DNA of 64,000 nucleotides from Tubulanus polymorphus (lineage: Eukaryota > Animalia > Nemertea). The notes under the pieces were generated by a model. It searched no databases. It was not told where the DNA came from and saw nothing but the letters and a program-made list of their open reading frames with translations. Shown in pieces: positions 1-12,000 of the stretch. Both the position numbers and the translations under genes were made by a program. Numbering within the stretch: position 1 is the first letter of the stretch; each line of letters begins with the position of its first letter. The stretch spans positions 31,220,150 to 31,284,149 of the forward strand of contig NC_134026.1 of the NCBI RefSeq assembly GCF_964204645.1. The letters are read 5' to 3'.

Positions 1-154
1 TTAGAAAATTTGTGGGATAAACATTAATAATCGAGGGTTGCAAGTAAAACTGTTATAAAATCGATGAATTAATCAAAATGTCTTTCGAAAAGAGTTCAGT
101 CTTCCGAGATATGTTTAATAGGAGCGAGATAATACAATCAATAAATCAACTTAC

Positions 155-2515
155 TTGAAATTGATTTGAAGTAATAATGGCAGTTTCAGGTAGGAATTGA
201 GCTGCGCCAGTTCGCTGGACGAACTTCTTTCTTACGCCTAGAAACAAATACAGTTGTTATTAATAGTTTCATTGAGGGGAAGGGGGCGCAGGAATAAGGG
301 TCGATTCAGTCGATACTTACCAATTGAATTCGAATTCAAAAACTGATTACCGGTATCCGATTGACCTTGACATTGTACGAACACTTCACTTCCTCGCGTG
401 ACGATCGAATAAGGAACCTGTCGACAACAATACAGAAACCGTTATAACGGTTTATAATTCAAATTATACGAACTAACGAGTACTTACCACGGATTTACTG
501 TTGCCGATAGCGACTTTAACAGACGGTATATTCAAAACCAAACCATCTTAAATAATGAGGAATATAATGAGGATTAATGAGGATTAGTGAGGTGAGTTCG
601 ATATGGTTGGAGGGTGTGATCTATACTAACCCGTTACTCCAGTCGCAGTTTGAGAACAAGTTATCGTTACATTAGCTCCAGAAACTGGTTCACTGTAATG
701 ATAATGATAAACAGGAATTGTCACCGACACGGTCTGGAGTGAGTAGAATAATGATGCAAGATGAATGTACGAATTTTACCTGAGTTCAATATTGAACTGT
801 GAACTAGTGACGCTGTTCATGTTGGGTACAGATACAAAATCAGTGTAACACAATTCAACAGTCGGGGCTTTAGTAACCGTCAATAACCTATAAAATACAT
901 GAAAATCAGCTACATTTATGATCAGTTCTTTGGGAAAATCTCATATCAATATCAGATTGATATTTGAACTCACCGAGGTTGACTGATTATCGATATCGGA
1001 TTGAGATAAAGCGATGATATTTGAACTCACCGAGGTTGACTGATTATCGATATCGGATTGAGATAAAGCGATGATATTTAAACTCACCGAGGTTGACTGA
1101 TTATCGATATCGGATTGAGATAAAGCGATGATATTTGAACTCACCGAGGTTGACTGATTATCGATATCGGATTGAGATAAAGCGATGATATTTGAACTCA
1201 CCGAGGTTGACTGATTATCGATATCGGATTGAGATAAAGCGATGATATTTAAACTCACCGAGGTTGACTGATTATCGATATCGGATTGAGATAAAGCGAT
1301 GATATTTGAACTCACCGAGGTTGACTGATTATCGATATCGGATTGAGATAAAGCGATGATATTTGAACTCACCGAGGTTGACTGATTATCGATATCGGAT
1401 TGAGATAAAGCAATGATATTTGAACTCACCTAGGTTGACTGATTGATGTTGTTCTAGTAAACTGCGGAAATGTAGTTTGAGTTCCATTGATAATTGTTGG
1501 TGTAAAACCCAGTGTAATTCCATAACAACGGATATTTACAGCTCTACCAGATTTCTGAATACTAACAATATATAAACACAAATTCATAAGATATTCCAAT
1601 AAGACAATAATCAAAATCCTTGGTCAAAATTCCGCCACATTCACATGTGGATCCATTTCCTGGAACTGGATTGCTGAGAACAGATTATTACATTAAAACC
1701 TATCAATTATACAAATTTAAAAGATTGAAAGCAAAATTCAAGAATTTGATATCAAAAATTGTAAGATAAGAGAAAACTGGTCTCTAGAGAAAGTCTGGAA
1801 AACATTCAGTTTTTTAATTCTGATTAGAATTTTTAATTTTGTTGATAAGAAAATGGATGGATACCTGAAGGTGACTGAAGCAGAGATGGAGACAGCAGGT
1901 GTTACCGTTACTGGATTAAATATAACACTGGTAAAACCGACGCTTGCCGCAGGTGGTGTCTGTTCACACGTAATCGATACCTATAAATAACAACCAATCA
2001 AAATATCTGTTGTGTACGAGGAGGCAGGCACTGGCAAGCATATACTTACACTATTACTACTGATTGTAGATGGCGCTCCGTTAGTTGTAAGATAAACAGG
2101 AATCGAACCTGAACCAGAATTTTCATTGAATATAAACCCAGCGGCCGGGACTGTGGGGGTCGTAGAGTTAATAATCACTAAACCATTACTGATTCCTGTA
2201 AATAATTAACACCGAGCATCTTCATTAAATAACAGCAATTTCTTCAATTATTTTGCTTCAATTAGTTCAGTTTCATTTCAGAGATAGAGTTAGTTTTAAC
2301 TTTTTTATATAAGATGAACAAAGTGACTAAAATGTTCGAAGATAGAAACGAGAACTGGAAAACAGTTTATTGAATACCTGGACCTGAATTTTGAAAACCC
2401 GGAAGTAAGTATGTTGACATTAGCAACAGCGATTCAATGTAAAATTACCTTGTGATTTCACACAACTCAAACACAAAAACAGCGTCAAAAGAATGTCTCC
2501 GATTATAGAATTCAT
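155..2515 (-). CDS. Uncharacterised secreted/extracellular protein with repeated ~110-130 aa beta-rich (Ig/Calx-beta-like) modules; 5' part only, continues past the window start
   Basis: Exons 2515-2449, (2383-2378 optional microexon), 2195-2050, 1980-1865, 1561-1430, 887-780, 692-631, 546-488, 417-321, 237-155 all have GT-AG ends and join in frame. N-terminus MNSIIGDILLTLFLCLSCVKSQ looks like a signal peptide. Repeated Cys pairs VSITCEQT...VNIRCYG and VTITCSQT...VFVQCQG. The fold assignment is inference. Confidence 0.85.
950..1445. repeat. 57-bp tandem repeat (~8.5 copies) that includes the exon end and 5' splice site of the upstream exon
   Basis: Minus-strand unit AATCAGTCAACCTCGGTGAGTTCAAATATCATCGCTTTATCTCAATCCGATATCGAT; the first copy overlaps the exon end CCTAG|gtgagt at 1430. 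Confidence 0.95.
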
Positions 2516-2916
2516 TTTGGTGCCACGAGTTGTTACTGATATAAACAGTTTCCGCATTATCGCTGTTTAAACATCAGGAATCGTAAAACTATTCCGAAAG
2601 TTAAGGAATGCCGCCATCTTTACGGATGTGGACGAAGAATCGGACAAATAGAGAATAATGAATCGGGCTGCGGTATCCTCACGTGCCAAAGTACGCTAAT
2701 AACCCTAACCCTTGAACTGTAAAATGCTCTTTGAACGAATGAATGTCAGATAAAAAGCCAATATCGTCCCAGAAATGATATCATCATCCTGTTATTATCC
2801 TCCTGTAGAGAATCACCTCTAAATTCCACAAACAGTCAAATATATAATTACGATATTTATTTCATATTTATTTCTCACATTCTTTTTAGTAACAAATATT
2901 TCCAAAGTTTACATTT

Positions 2917-4059
2917 TTATTTTCTGGCAAAATTTTTCTCTAATTCAGCGTTTGTTCTTTGAATATTATAAATATTTCTTTTGATTCGATTTTCAACTGA
3001 ACTCATTGTTACGTGATTCGCTAACATCGGATTAACAAAGTCCTCTTTTACACCAGTAGGTGGCACTACTAGTTTATCATCTTCTTTTTTATATGATTTT
3101 ACGTTTAATTCCCGTTCCGTGTTACGCTGTTTAGCGTTATCCATCATTTCTTGTAGTTTACGTTGTTTATCACTAGATGTAAGTTTCTGTGACGATTGCT
3201 GCTGCTGCTGCTGCTGCTGCTGATGTGGAGGCGATTTAGAATGTTTGTGATTAGATCTCGCTCTCACTGCCAGAGACCTTGACCTAGATCGTCTCCTAGG
3301 TGACCTCGACCTAGACTGTCTCTTAGACGACCTCGATTCAGGTCGTCTCCTAGGTGACCTTGACCGGGACCGTCTCTGAGGCGACCTCGATTCAGGTCGT
3401 CTTCTAGGTGATCTCGACCGGGATCGTTTCTTAGGAGACCTCGATTTAGGTCGTCTCCTAGGTGAACTCGATCGTTTCCTAGGAGACGGTGATCGCGATC
3501 TCCTCCGCGTCCGTCCGTCGTTACCATGACGACCTGTTTTAACAGAATTTTCGGTAGTTTTTTCACTTGATTTCGATTGTTTGTATTTTTTCTCGACAAT
3601 CTCGAGATATTTCGTAAGAATGTCCTCATCACTATCATCATCGCCATCTGACTTCTTCTTTTTCTTCTTTCTTTTTTTCTCTTTTTTCTTCTCTTGTTTC
3701 ATAACGTCGACTTGTCGTTGAAGTTTTTTCATTTTGATCGGATTTCGTAGAATTTCTCTGCGAGCGTCGTCCTGTTTTTTACGGATCGCGAACAGCGGAT
3801 CTTCTCTCATTTTTGTTTCCATGTCGATATGAGCGCGACCGGCCGCTATCGGATCCTCGAATATCGATCCTATCGGTTCCGGTTTATCTTCAAAACGAGT
3901 CTCTTCGAAATCTTCAAAATTGTTTATTTTTCGACCCAATAAAAATTCTTCGCCGTCGACTTTACTCGATTTATAAAGAAAATTCACTTTATCTTCTCCA
4001 TTTTTTTCCTCTTTTTCGCGCATTAATTGTCGCATTTTTCGTCTCTCGTCGTCCGCCAT
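2917..4059 (-). CDS. CWC25: Pre-mRNA splicing factor CWC25-like protein, single coding exon, RS-rich C-half
   Basis: 380-aa ORF with motifs FLYK..VDGEEFLLGRKI, DMETKMREDPLFAIRKK, REILRNPIKMKKL, KLQEMMDNAK, SSVENRIKRNIYNIQRT, which match CWC25 as I recall it. Acceptor-like ttttag 19 nt upstream of the ATG; AATAAA downstream (~2857, ~2867). Confidence 0.88.
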   Translation of the reverse strand: MADDERRKMRQLMREKEEKNGEDKVNFLYKSSKVDGEEFLLGRKINNFEDFEETRFEDKPEPIGSIFEDPIAAGRAHIDMETKMREDPLFAIRKKQDDARREILRNPIKMKKLQRQVDVMKQEKKKEKKRKKKKKKSDGDDDSDEDILTKYLEIVEKKYKQSKSSEKTTENSVKTGRHGNDGRTRRRSRSPSPRKRSSSPRRRPKSRSPKKRSRSRSPRRRPESRSPQRRSRSRSPRRRPESRSSKRQSRSRSPRRRSRSRSLAVRARSNHKHSKSPPHQQQQQQQQQSSQKLTSSDKQRKLQEMMDNAKQRNTERELNVKSYKKEDDKLVVPPTGVKEDFVNPMLANHVTMSSVENRIKRNIYNIQRTNAELEKNFARK

Positions 4060-4944
4060 TTTATCACGGTTGTTGATTCTAAAAAATATTTAAAAAAAGA
4101 ATTCTATTATCAGCCTCTCAGATTTGTCACAATCAGATGATCTCTACCAATATCTCCCCTCTCTGTCCCCATATATCTTTTCTCCATTATCTAGGGATCA
4201 GTCAGTAACCTGTCTGTGGTTTAGTTTCATGATCGGATATTTTCACATAAGCCCATCTGATTATAAAAAGCTTACCACCAATGATTAGGTAACTAACTAC
4301 TGATGCTGCTGAGGTTACAATACAGGATTCCTTTGCTTTGCTCATATCTAATTGGTTTAATTTGAATTTTGGTGGTATGTATAGTAGCTTTGTTCATCCA
4401 ATAATGTATAAAAATAATAGGGTAGTAGGCCTTAGACTTTGTTTAGTCTACTACTAGCCGTTGGGACAGTGGTAACAACGACTGCTATTCAGACTAGGTA
4501 GTTGGTAGTTTAGTAGTCTGCTGAATACCAGTCGATGTTACGGTTCCCTGTTTCAGGAACAACGGCTAGGTACGTAGTTTAGTAGATTATTTCTGTCAGT
4601 TCCTAGGATGAATAGGTTGAATCTTCGAATTTGGACCCCAGTTAGTTACAGGAAAATCGTGAGACTGTATTAGTGTATCTGACTTTTTTTTGTCTATAAA
4701 ATTATTCAAGTTCACAGTCACAGCAGATTCTTCAATATCTATTGTCCTTAAATTATCAGATTCACCATAAAAATAAACGCAAGTGAAATACAGAACTCGC
4801 AAATCACATTTCTTATAAGAACCCTATCCTAAATTCTAGATATTTACCCGTGAAAATAAAGGAAATTTCCGCGTCAACTCAGCAACTCAATTTATTGAAT
4901 TGAATTTGAAGGGTGCTTACTCAAATCCAGCGGCGAAAACTTGC

Positions 4945-6111
4945 ACTCGCGTGCCACAGTAGCGATGTTGGTTTTACATGTATTTCAGTAAATATGCTGT
5001 TACACCGATCTCAGTCTATGGCTACAGTGATCGTCTTGTCTTAATTTAGGTGTAATTGTTGTCAGAGAATGAAATTACCATTATTCAAGTTAAATTATTC
5101 ATTCGTTTGGTTAAGTTTTATGTCTATAATTTCACTTCTTATATTGGTTCAACTTGAGTCCGGCCGGAAAAATTAGTGAGGTGCAGTTTCTTGATGGCGA
5201 GGATGTGCGTTACAGTGCAGGATGTCATGGTGTTATTTTACCTTTTTATGAAACTCTTTCTGTGTTTTATTCTTGCAATCTACTTCTTTTTTTCAACCGA
5301 AAAAATAATCCCACCACCAACTGGTCTGCCGACAAGCTTAGATGGGATATCAACAGCACAAAACCATACGTCCCGACACTGCACATTACACTGGGCCCGT
5401 TGACAGTTTACGCTCAACTCGCAACTGGCAACTACTAAAGCAACTGGCAATGTCGTCCCAGGGCTTCCATATGAAATATCAGCACAGCCGCCTATAAGTG
5501 ATAGTCTGATATTTTTCAGTGTTTTATGGACCAATGACTTGGCATTTATTTTTGCCTATAATGCGGATTTTTCTACCAATTCAAATTGTTTTAATCAGTT
5601 GTGAAACAGTTGTATTACAAAAATGTCAAATATATGTTTAGTGATGAATTTAATGTTGTTTGCTAAACAGTTTTTCTGGTGTATGACTCTTACAAGGTCT
5701 GAGATGTCATAAAAGCGTAATTAATGTGAAGTAATTGGCCTATACTCATTTCACGGTCAAGAAAAATAAATGATTTTCTTTGTTGTTGTTTTTTTTTTTG
5801 AAATCTCTAAAATGTCGGTGATGAGTTGCGGGTCTTACCTGACTCAGTTTCACAAGTAGGATCCGATTCTAAACTTTTTAAGACAAATTGAATTATGTGT
5901 GGCTCACCGCGGTAATCATGTCATTCATGCCCATTATTTATTTGTTGGAAATCCACAAAATTATTACAAATTTATCAACGGTTTTTCTGCGCCTATATCT
6001 TTACTGTAACACGATAGGTTGCTGTGGGTAGCCCTTACTTCATTTGATATTGGGCGTTTTTGCGACCTCGACTTTTTTGCCGGTACACTATTCCTACTGT
6101 GGCATGCGAGT
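4945..6111. mobile_element. Putative non-autonomous DNA transposon (~1.17 kb) with 18-bp terminal inverted repeats
   Basis: Left ACTCGCGTGCCACAGTAG (4945-4962) vs reverse complement of 6094-6111 ACTCGCATGCCACAGTAG, 17/18 identical. No clear TSD and no transposase ORF. Confidence 0.55.
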
Positions 6112-6231
6112 AATAAATTAGTTCACATATTCACCGTCAACGATATGTATAGGGGCAGCACTTGACGGTTACGATAAAGAGATGCGAAATTCTGAAGGTC
6201 GTCGAGCAAGTCGACCCGCTTGGTTTTCGCT

Positions 6232-8996
6232 ATGGTAAGTCTACAATATTTAACCGACTAAAACACAAAAATGCATAGTTTGGGCCAGAATTCCTGACCA
6301 AGCAGCTAGAGACTAACCCCTAAAAGGAATCCAGTGGGATTGGCAGACTCTTATTGGGGCTCGTCTGTGGACCCAAGGGCCCAATTCATTCAGACTACTC
6401 TGCTTTCTCAACTCCACAAATCCTTCTTCACTAATCAGAGGCTGCCTGTCACAGTCTAATCCAATCCAGTAGTATTAGTAGTATTCTCCTCCCCTCTTTC
6501 CTCCCTCTCCCCTCTCTCCTCTCTCTCCCCTCTCCTTTCTCCCCTTTCTCCTTTCCTCTCTCCCCTCTCTCCTCCCCTTCCCTCTCTCCCTCTTTCCTCT
6601 CTCCTCCCTCTCCTCTCCTCTCTCCCTCTCCTCTCCCCTCTATCCTGTTTCATGTTGGGCTCTTATATCCAGATCAATCATAAAGATATTACAGACACCA
6701 GGTGGCAGTACATAACCCCCCCCCCCATCTTGCAGCACAGCAGGATTTATTTATCATGGTATGAATTATATCTTGCAGGATCAAAAACTGACAGTTCAAC
6801 AGCTGTATACAAGTGTATATGACCAGTGTTACTCGCCTTGTGGTAAATATCTGGCCGCGTGTAATAACTTTGGGAAAATAGCCGTATTCAAGTAAGTTAT
6901 CATTTAACCAAATATTTAATGCAGATTTAGTTTTTGTTGTTTAATCTATTCATAGTAAAACGATACCCCTTTATTTTAGCATTTCAGCCGCTTTAAGTCC
7001 GGAGGGCAACGAACAAAACTGGAGACCTGTTTTTAAATTCACAGGTAAAATAACAGTTTCAATTATTGTCACCGTAATAACTATTGATGAATGTCTATTT
7101 CGATTCGGTTTAAGCAGACGCTCGCTGTCCTAGCACAGGCAGTTTTAGTAGAATACACCTGATATAGTCGTGTTCAAATGACCAGCACTAAATTGAACCA
7201 GCTAGCTTGAAATAGAATTTTTAATCCATTCTATACTGTATTGAAGGATTTTTTTTAAAGTCTTCTTTTACTCAATTAATTTCTTCTTAAATGAATCAGA
7301 TTTAAACCGATGCCTGTTTAAACAATTTGAAATAGTCATCAGTACCGGTACTGTACAGTACTGGTACTAGCTGTACAGTACCGGTACTAGCTGTACAGTA
7401 CCGGTACTGTACAGTACCGGTACTAGCTGTACAGTACCGGTACTAGCTGTACAGTACCGGTACTAACTAACTGTACAGTACCGGTACTAACTAGCTGTAC
7501 AGTACCGGTACTAACTAACTGTACGGTACCGGTACTAACTAACTGTACAGTACCGGTACTAACTAACTGTACAGTACCGGTACTAACTAACTGTACAGTA
7601 CCGGTACTAACTGTACAGTACTGGTACTAACTGTACAGTACCGGTACTAACTAACTGTACAGTACCAGTACTAACTAACTGTACAGTACCGGTACTAGCT
7701 GTACAGTACCGGTACTGTACAGTACCGGTACTAGCTGTACAGTACCGGTACTAACTAACTGTACAGTACCGGTACTAACTGTACAGTACAGTACCGGTAC
7801 TAACTGTACAGTACTGGTACTAACTGTACAGTACCGGTACTAACTAACTGTACAGTACCGGTACCAGCTGTATTTAGTCCCACATTTGAAGTTCGCACAA
7901 TTTGAATTCACTCGAAGGCGATGCCGGTCTCAGATGTACTTGAGAGTTTGTATCATTGAAACCATTGGTCAATGAGCAGATATAGTAAAACCAAGCTCCG
8001 TCTGAGATGAGTTGTTTCGATTGGAAGGTACACGGTAGAGTTTTATTGAGGTCTGTAGACTGAATGTATGTCTGATATTCAACATTACCAATACCTGAAA
8101 TAAATACAACTCACTTTAATCTAGGCCTATATACCCTGGACCCAGTCCCACAGTTCTGGATCCAGTTCCACAGTTCTAGATCCAGTCCCACAGTTCTGGA
8201 CCCAGTTCCACAGTTCAGGATCCAGTCCCACAGTTCTGGACCCAGTTCCACAGTTCAGGATCCAGTTCCACAGTTCAGGATCCAGTCCCACAGTTCTGGA
8301 TCCAGTTCCACAGTTCTGGATCCAGTTCCACAGTTCTGGATCCAGTCCCACAGTTCTGGACCCAGTTCCACAGTTCAGGACCCAGTCCCACAGTTCCGGT
8401 CCCAGTCCCACTGTTCTGTTCTGAACCCAGTTCCACAGTTCTGTTGTGGACCCAGTTCCACAGTTCTGAACCCAGTTCCACAGTTCTGAACCCAGTTACA
8501 CAGATCTTATATTGAAATATATTAACTTTTACTTAAGTTAGTAAATTTTTGAAGAGTTATGCGACAATTATTAAACTTACTAGTCATAAAGCGTAGTTGA
8601 TACGTATTAGAATGATTTGTAGGGTGTTGCATGATTAAACCTTGTACAGGTTGAGTACGAGACCATTTTAAACACGAGAAATTATCGCCGTCATAAAGAG
8701 TACTGTAGTCAATAGAGATAATGTGACCGGCCGAGCCATCTAGAAACTGAACGATCGGCATCGATAGACGTGACCCTAGAGTGGAATTAAAACAATATCG
8801 TCAAATTTATTGCATAAATAAATTGACGATTTGAAAGTTATTTACAGTTAAACTCGCGTTGAAATACGTCATTTTAGAAGTTGTCATATTCCTGAAGTCA
8901 TTAAGAGTCCCATAATTAATTACTTATCATTTGGATAAATTATCAATATTATGATTTGTGCCAACTATGACGACTTCAGCAGCTACAGCAGCAGCT

Positions 8997-9039
<43 letters not shown>

Positions 9040-12000
9040 CAGCAGCAGCAGCTACAGCAGCAGCTGCGAGTTTCACTGTAATTAAATCATACTTAAGCTG
9101 CAGTAACACGGTTTACTGTTGCACATGTTTTCTTTGCCTTCGTAAGGGACACATTTTTCCTCTAGTCCACAATTGATCTGAAATTGAACGGACAATGAAA
9201 TAATCAGGATTCAAATATTCTAGACCGAGATTCCACTTCCACAGTTCGAGATCCACTTCCACAGTTCTGGGCTCAGTTCTACATCAGGACCCAGTTCTAC
9301 AGTTCTAGGCCCTGTTGCACAACTTAGTGAATTAAGTCTTAAATCTTAAGACTGGTCTCAGTTATAAAATTGGCTATGGAACTAAGATATTCTTAGACTG
9401 GTCTTAAATCTAAAACATAACCCAGGGGCCGGTTGCATAGTCATGGCTTAGACTTAAGACCAGTCTAAGAACATCTTAGGTCCATAGACCACTTTTAGAC
9501 TTAAGTCTCAACTATGGAACCGGCCCCAGGATTCAGTTCAATAACTATTGGTCAATGTGACTCAAGAGGTTGAAATAAGTTAATTTCTAAATATTTGATT
9601 CAATTGTCTGATTCTATGTATTTTATTAGTATCTCCTTCTTACTCCGTTTTGTTTGTGGCAGAGTTCAGCCGCGTAGAATCTGAATTCACTGTCGTTGAC
9701 GAGAGTCTGTGGTAGATCCGTATAAATACTTCTGCTCGATAATTCACACAGTTTTTGATTAGGAGAATAATTGACCGATTGACAGGAAGTGACTGTCAGA
9801 CACGAGTTCACGCAATCCGTCGAACTTCGAACTGATTTAGTTTTAAATATTCTTTCGTTTAAACGCTTCCCTTTCAATGCGCACATAACTCCTGAATTAC
9901 ACCCGGACATTCGAAACAACGTTCCCCCGATTATACAACCCATATCTGAAAAGAGAGAAAAAATAGTGTTGAGTCAAGAGGTGAATTCCAGTCGTTGCGT
10001 AAAACAAAAAAAGAAATAAGAGAAATGTCGGGAATTTTGGATTCCCCGATCTGTGAGAACTCTGAATCAATAAAACCTGATCAAGTGAAAATTTACAACC
10101 AGTTTCTTATGCTGGGAAATGCCAGGGCATTTTGGATTCCCGATCTCTAAGAACCTTAAATACATCTAAAATCTAGAACCATTGATACTTGAAACAACCG
10201 ACGGTTGAATATGACCGGTATAGAAGTTTATTCTAACAGTTACGTGGTTTTAACTAAACCTTGTCATCTGAGACATGAAAACCCTCAGAATGAACGAGGA
10301 ACCTCCTAGTACTATTGATTATTTTTTATACTCTTTTTTACTCGTTTGTTATAAATCCAAAAGTTTCTAAGGCTTAAGCTACTTTTTGTAAGTTCTTACA
10401 GATATAACAAAACCTGGTGAGGATTATTTACATAATGTGTATAAGTAATAGTTGATTTATGTGAGGAAGTTGTCAGTGACAAGTGTTGTGCAGTAAATCA
10501 GCTCTGGTTGATTGATCGTATTTGATTATTACTGTTCACAATGTCCGCCGTCATTCGTTCGTTCGTTTGTTCCTGGTTTCTATATAAACAAGTTGTTTAT
10601 AAAGTTAATTACGGTTCAAATTCTGTAGAAACTTCTCTCAAATATTCTAAAACATGTTTCTTTGAAGTTTACTTTGAATTTTTTCAAATTTCCGTAGTTC
10701 TTAGTCGTATACGGTGGAACTAACTGTAATTTCGATCTCCAGATTTCTTCGATGAATTAAATAAAATCTGAATTACGAATAATTGTCCAAACGGTTCCAG
10801 CTTAAATGGACCAAATATTTCATTCGTATTAAATGAAAATCCTGGTTGAAAAATCTGTATTAAGTGAGTTCAAATTCAAGAGCTAAGAACAATATAATCA
10901 TGATTGTAATAAAAATTGGTCTAAATTGTGGTAAATTGAAATAGAGTAATTCAGTAAGGTCTGGACTGCTTTAAATATTTCAATTGAATTTAGAATCTGA
11001 GAAATAGAAGGTTTTTCCAAAATTTTAGTAAAACTTTAGCAATTTGAGCGCTGAGTGAGCATTATTCTATTGTTTATCACATTTGTAAATTTAAAAAACC
11101 TGATATTTATTTTAAATGATGATGAATTCATGATAAATAAGATTTACTCACTGAAAACAATGGTTAAAATAAACCAGTTCATGATGTGACAGTCCGACCG
11201 CTGAGTTCTCACCTACCACTAGTAACAGTCCGACCGCTGAGTTCTCACCTACCACTAGTAACAGTCCGATCGCCGAGTTCTCACCCACGGCTAGTGACAG
11301 TCCGACCGCTGAGTTCTCACCTACCACTAGTAACAGTCCGATCGCCGAGTTCTCACCCACGGCTAGTGACAGTCCGATCGCCGAGTTCTCACCCACGGCT
11401 AGTGACAGTCCGACCGCTGAGTTCTCACCTACCACTAGTGACAGTCCGACCACTGAGTTCTCACCCACGGCTAGTGACAGTCCGGTCGCCGAGTTCTCAC
11501 CCACGGCTAGTGACAGTCCGATCGCCGAGTTCTCACCCACGGCTAGTGACAGTCCGGTCGCCGAGTTCTCACCCACGGCTAGTAACAGTCCGGTCGCTGA
11601 GTTCTCACCCACCACTAGTGACAGTCCGACCGCTGAGTTCTCACCCACCACTAGTGACAGTCCGACCGCTGAGTTCGGCTAGTGACAGTCCGGTCGCTGA
11701 GTTCTCACCCACGGCTAGTGACAGTCCGGTCGCTGAGTTCTCACCCACCACTAGTGACGATAAGACTCCCTGTGATTGGTTTTATCGACGCTGCTCGCTG
11801 CATTTAACAACCAATCTAATAAAATAATCGCTCGTATCCCATTACGATCGATCTGCTCAAATTCACAAACTGTTTCATAAAACTTGTGTTAATTGTTATT
11901 ATTTGTTTGTGTAGCTCACGATGGCCCGGTTTATACTCTAGTATCAACTGATAGATTTTTAATCAGGTAACAAAACTTTCATTTTGATTATCAAAACTTA

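Noticed and set aside
941-1429. 162-aa repetitive ORF (SSNIIALSQSDIDNQSTSV)n
   Set aside because: Translation of the intronic 57-bp repeat; not in the exon frame, which hits TGA at the donor.
1640-1675. Possible extra exon of gene 1 (cag|CAATCCAGTTCC...)
   Set aside because: No phase-compatible donor; the flanking exons join in frame without it, and it resembles the MITE TIR motif.
3264-3647. Overlapping 127-aa ORF within CWC25
   Set aside because: Alternative frame of the RS-repeat region.
5154-5534. Short ORFs inside the TIR element as transposase
   Set aside because: No DDE or other recognisable motif.
10259-10860. Exon-like pieces on the minus strand in intron 1 of the nested PAN gene
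   Set aside because: Could not be assembled into a phase-consistent, meaningful protein.
11148-11827. 167-aa and 213-aa repeat ORFs
   Set aside because: Products of the 39-bp array; no splice or start context.
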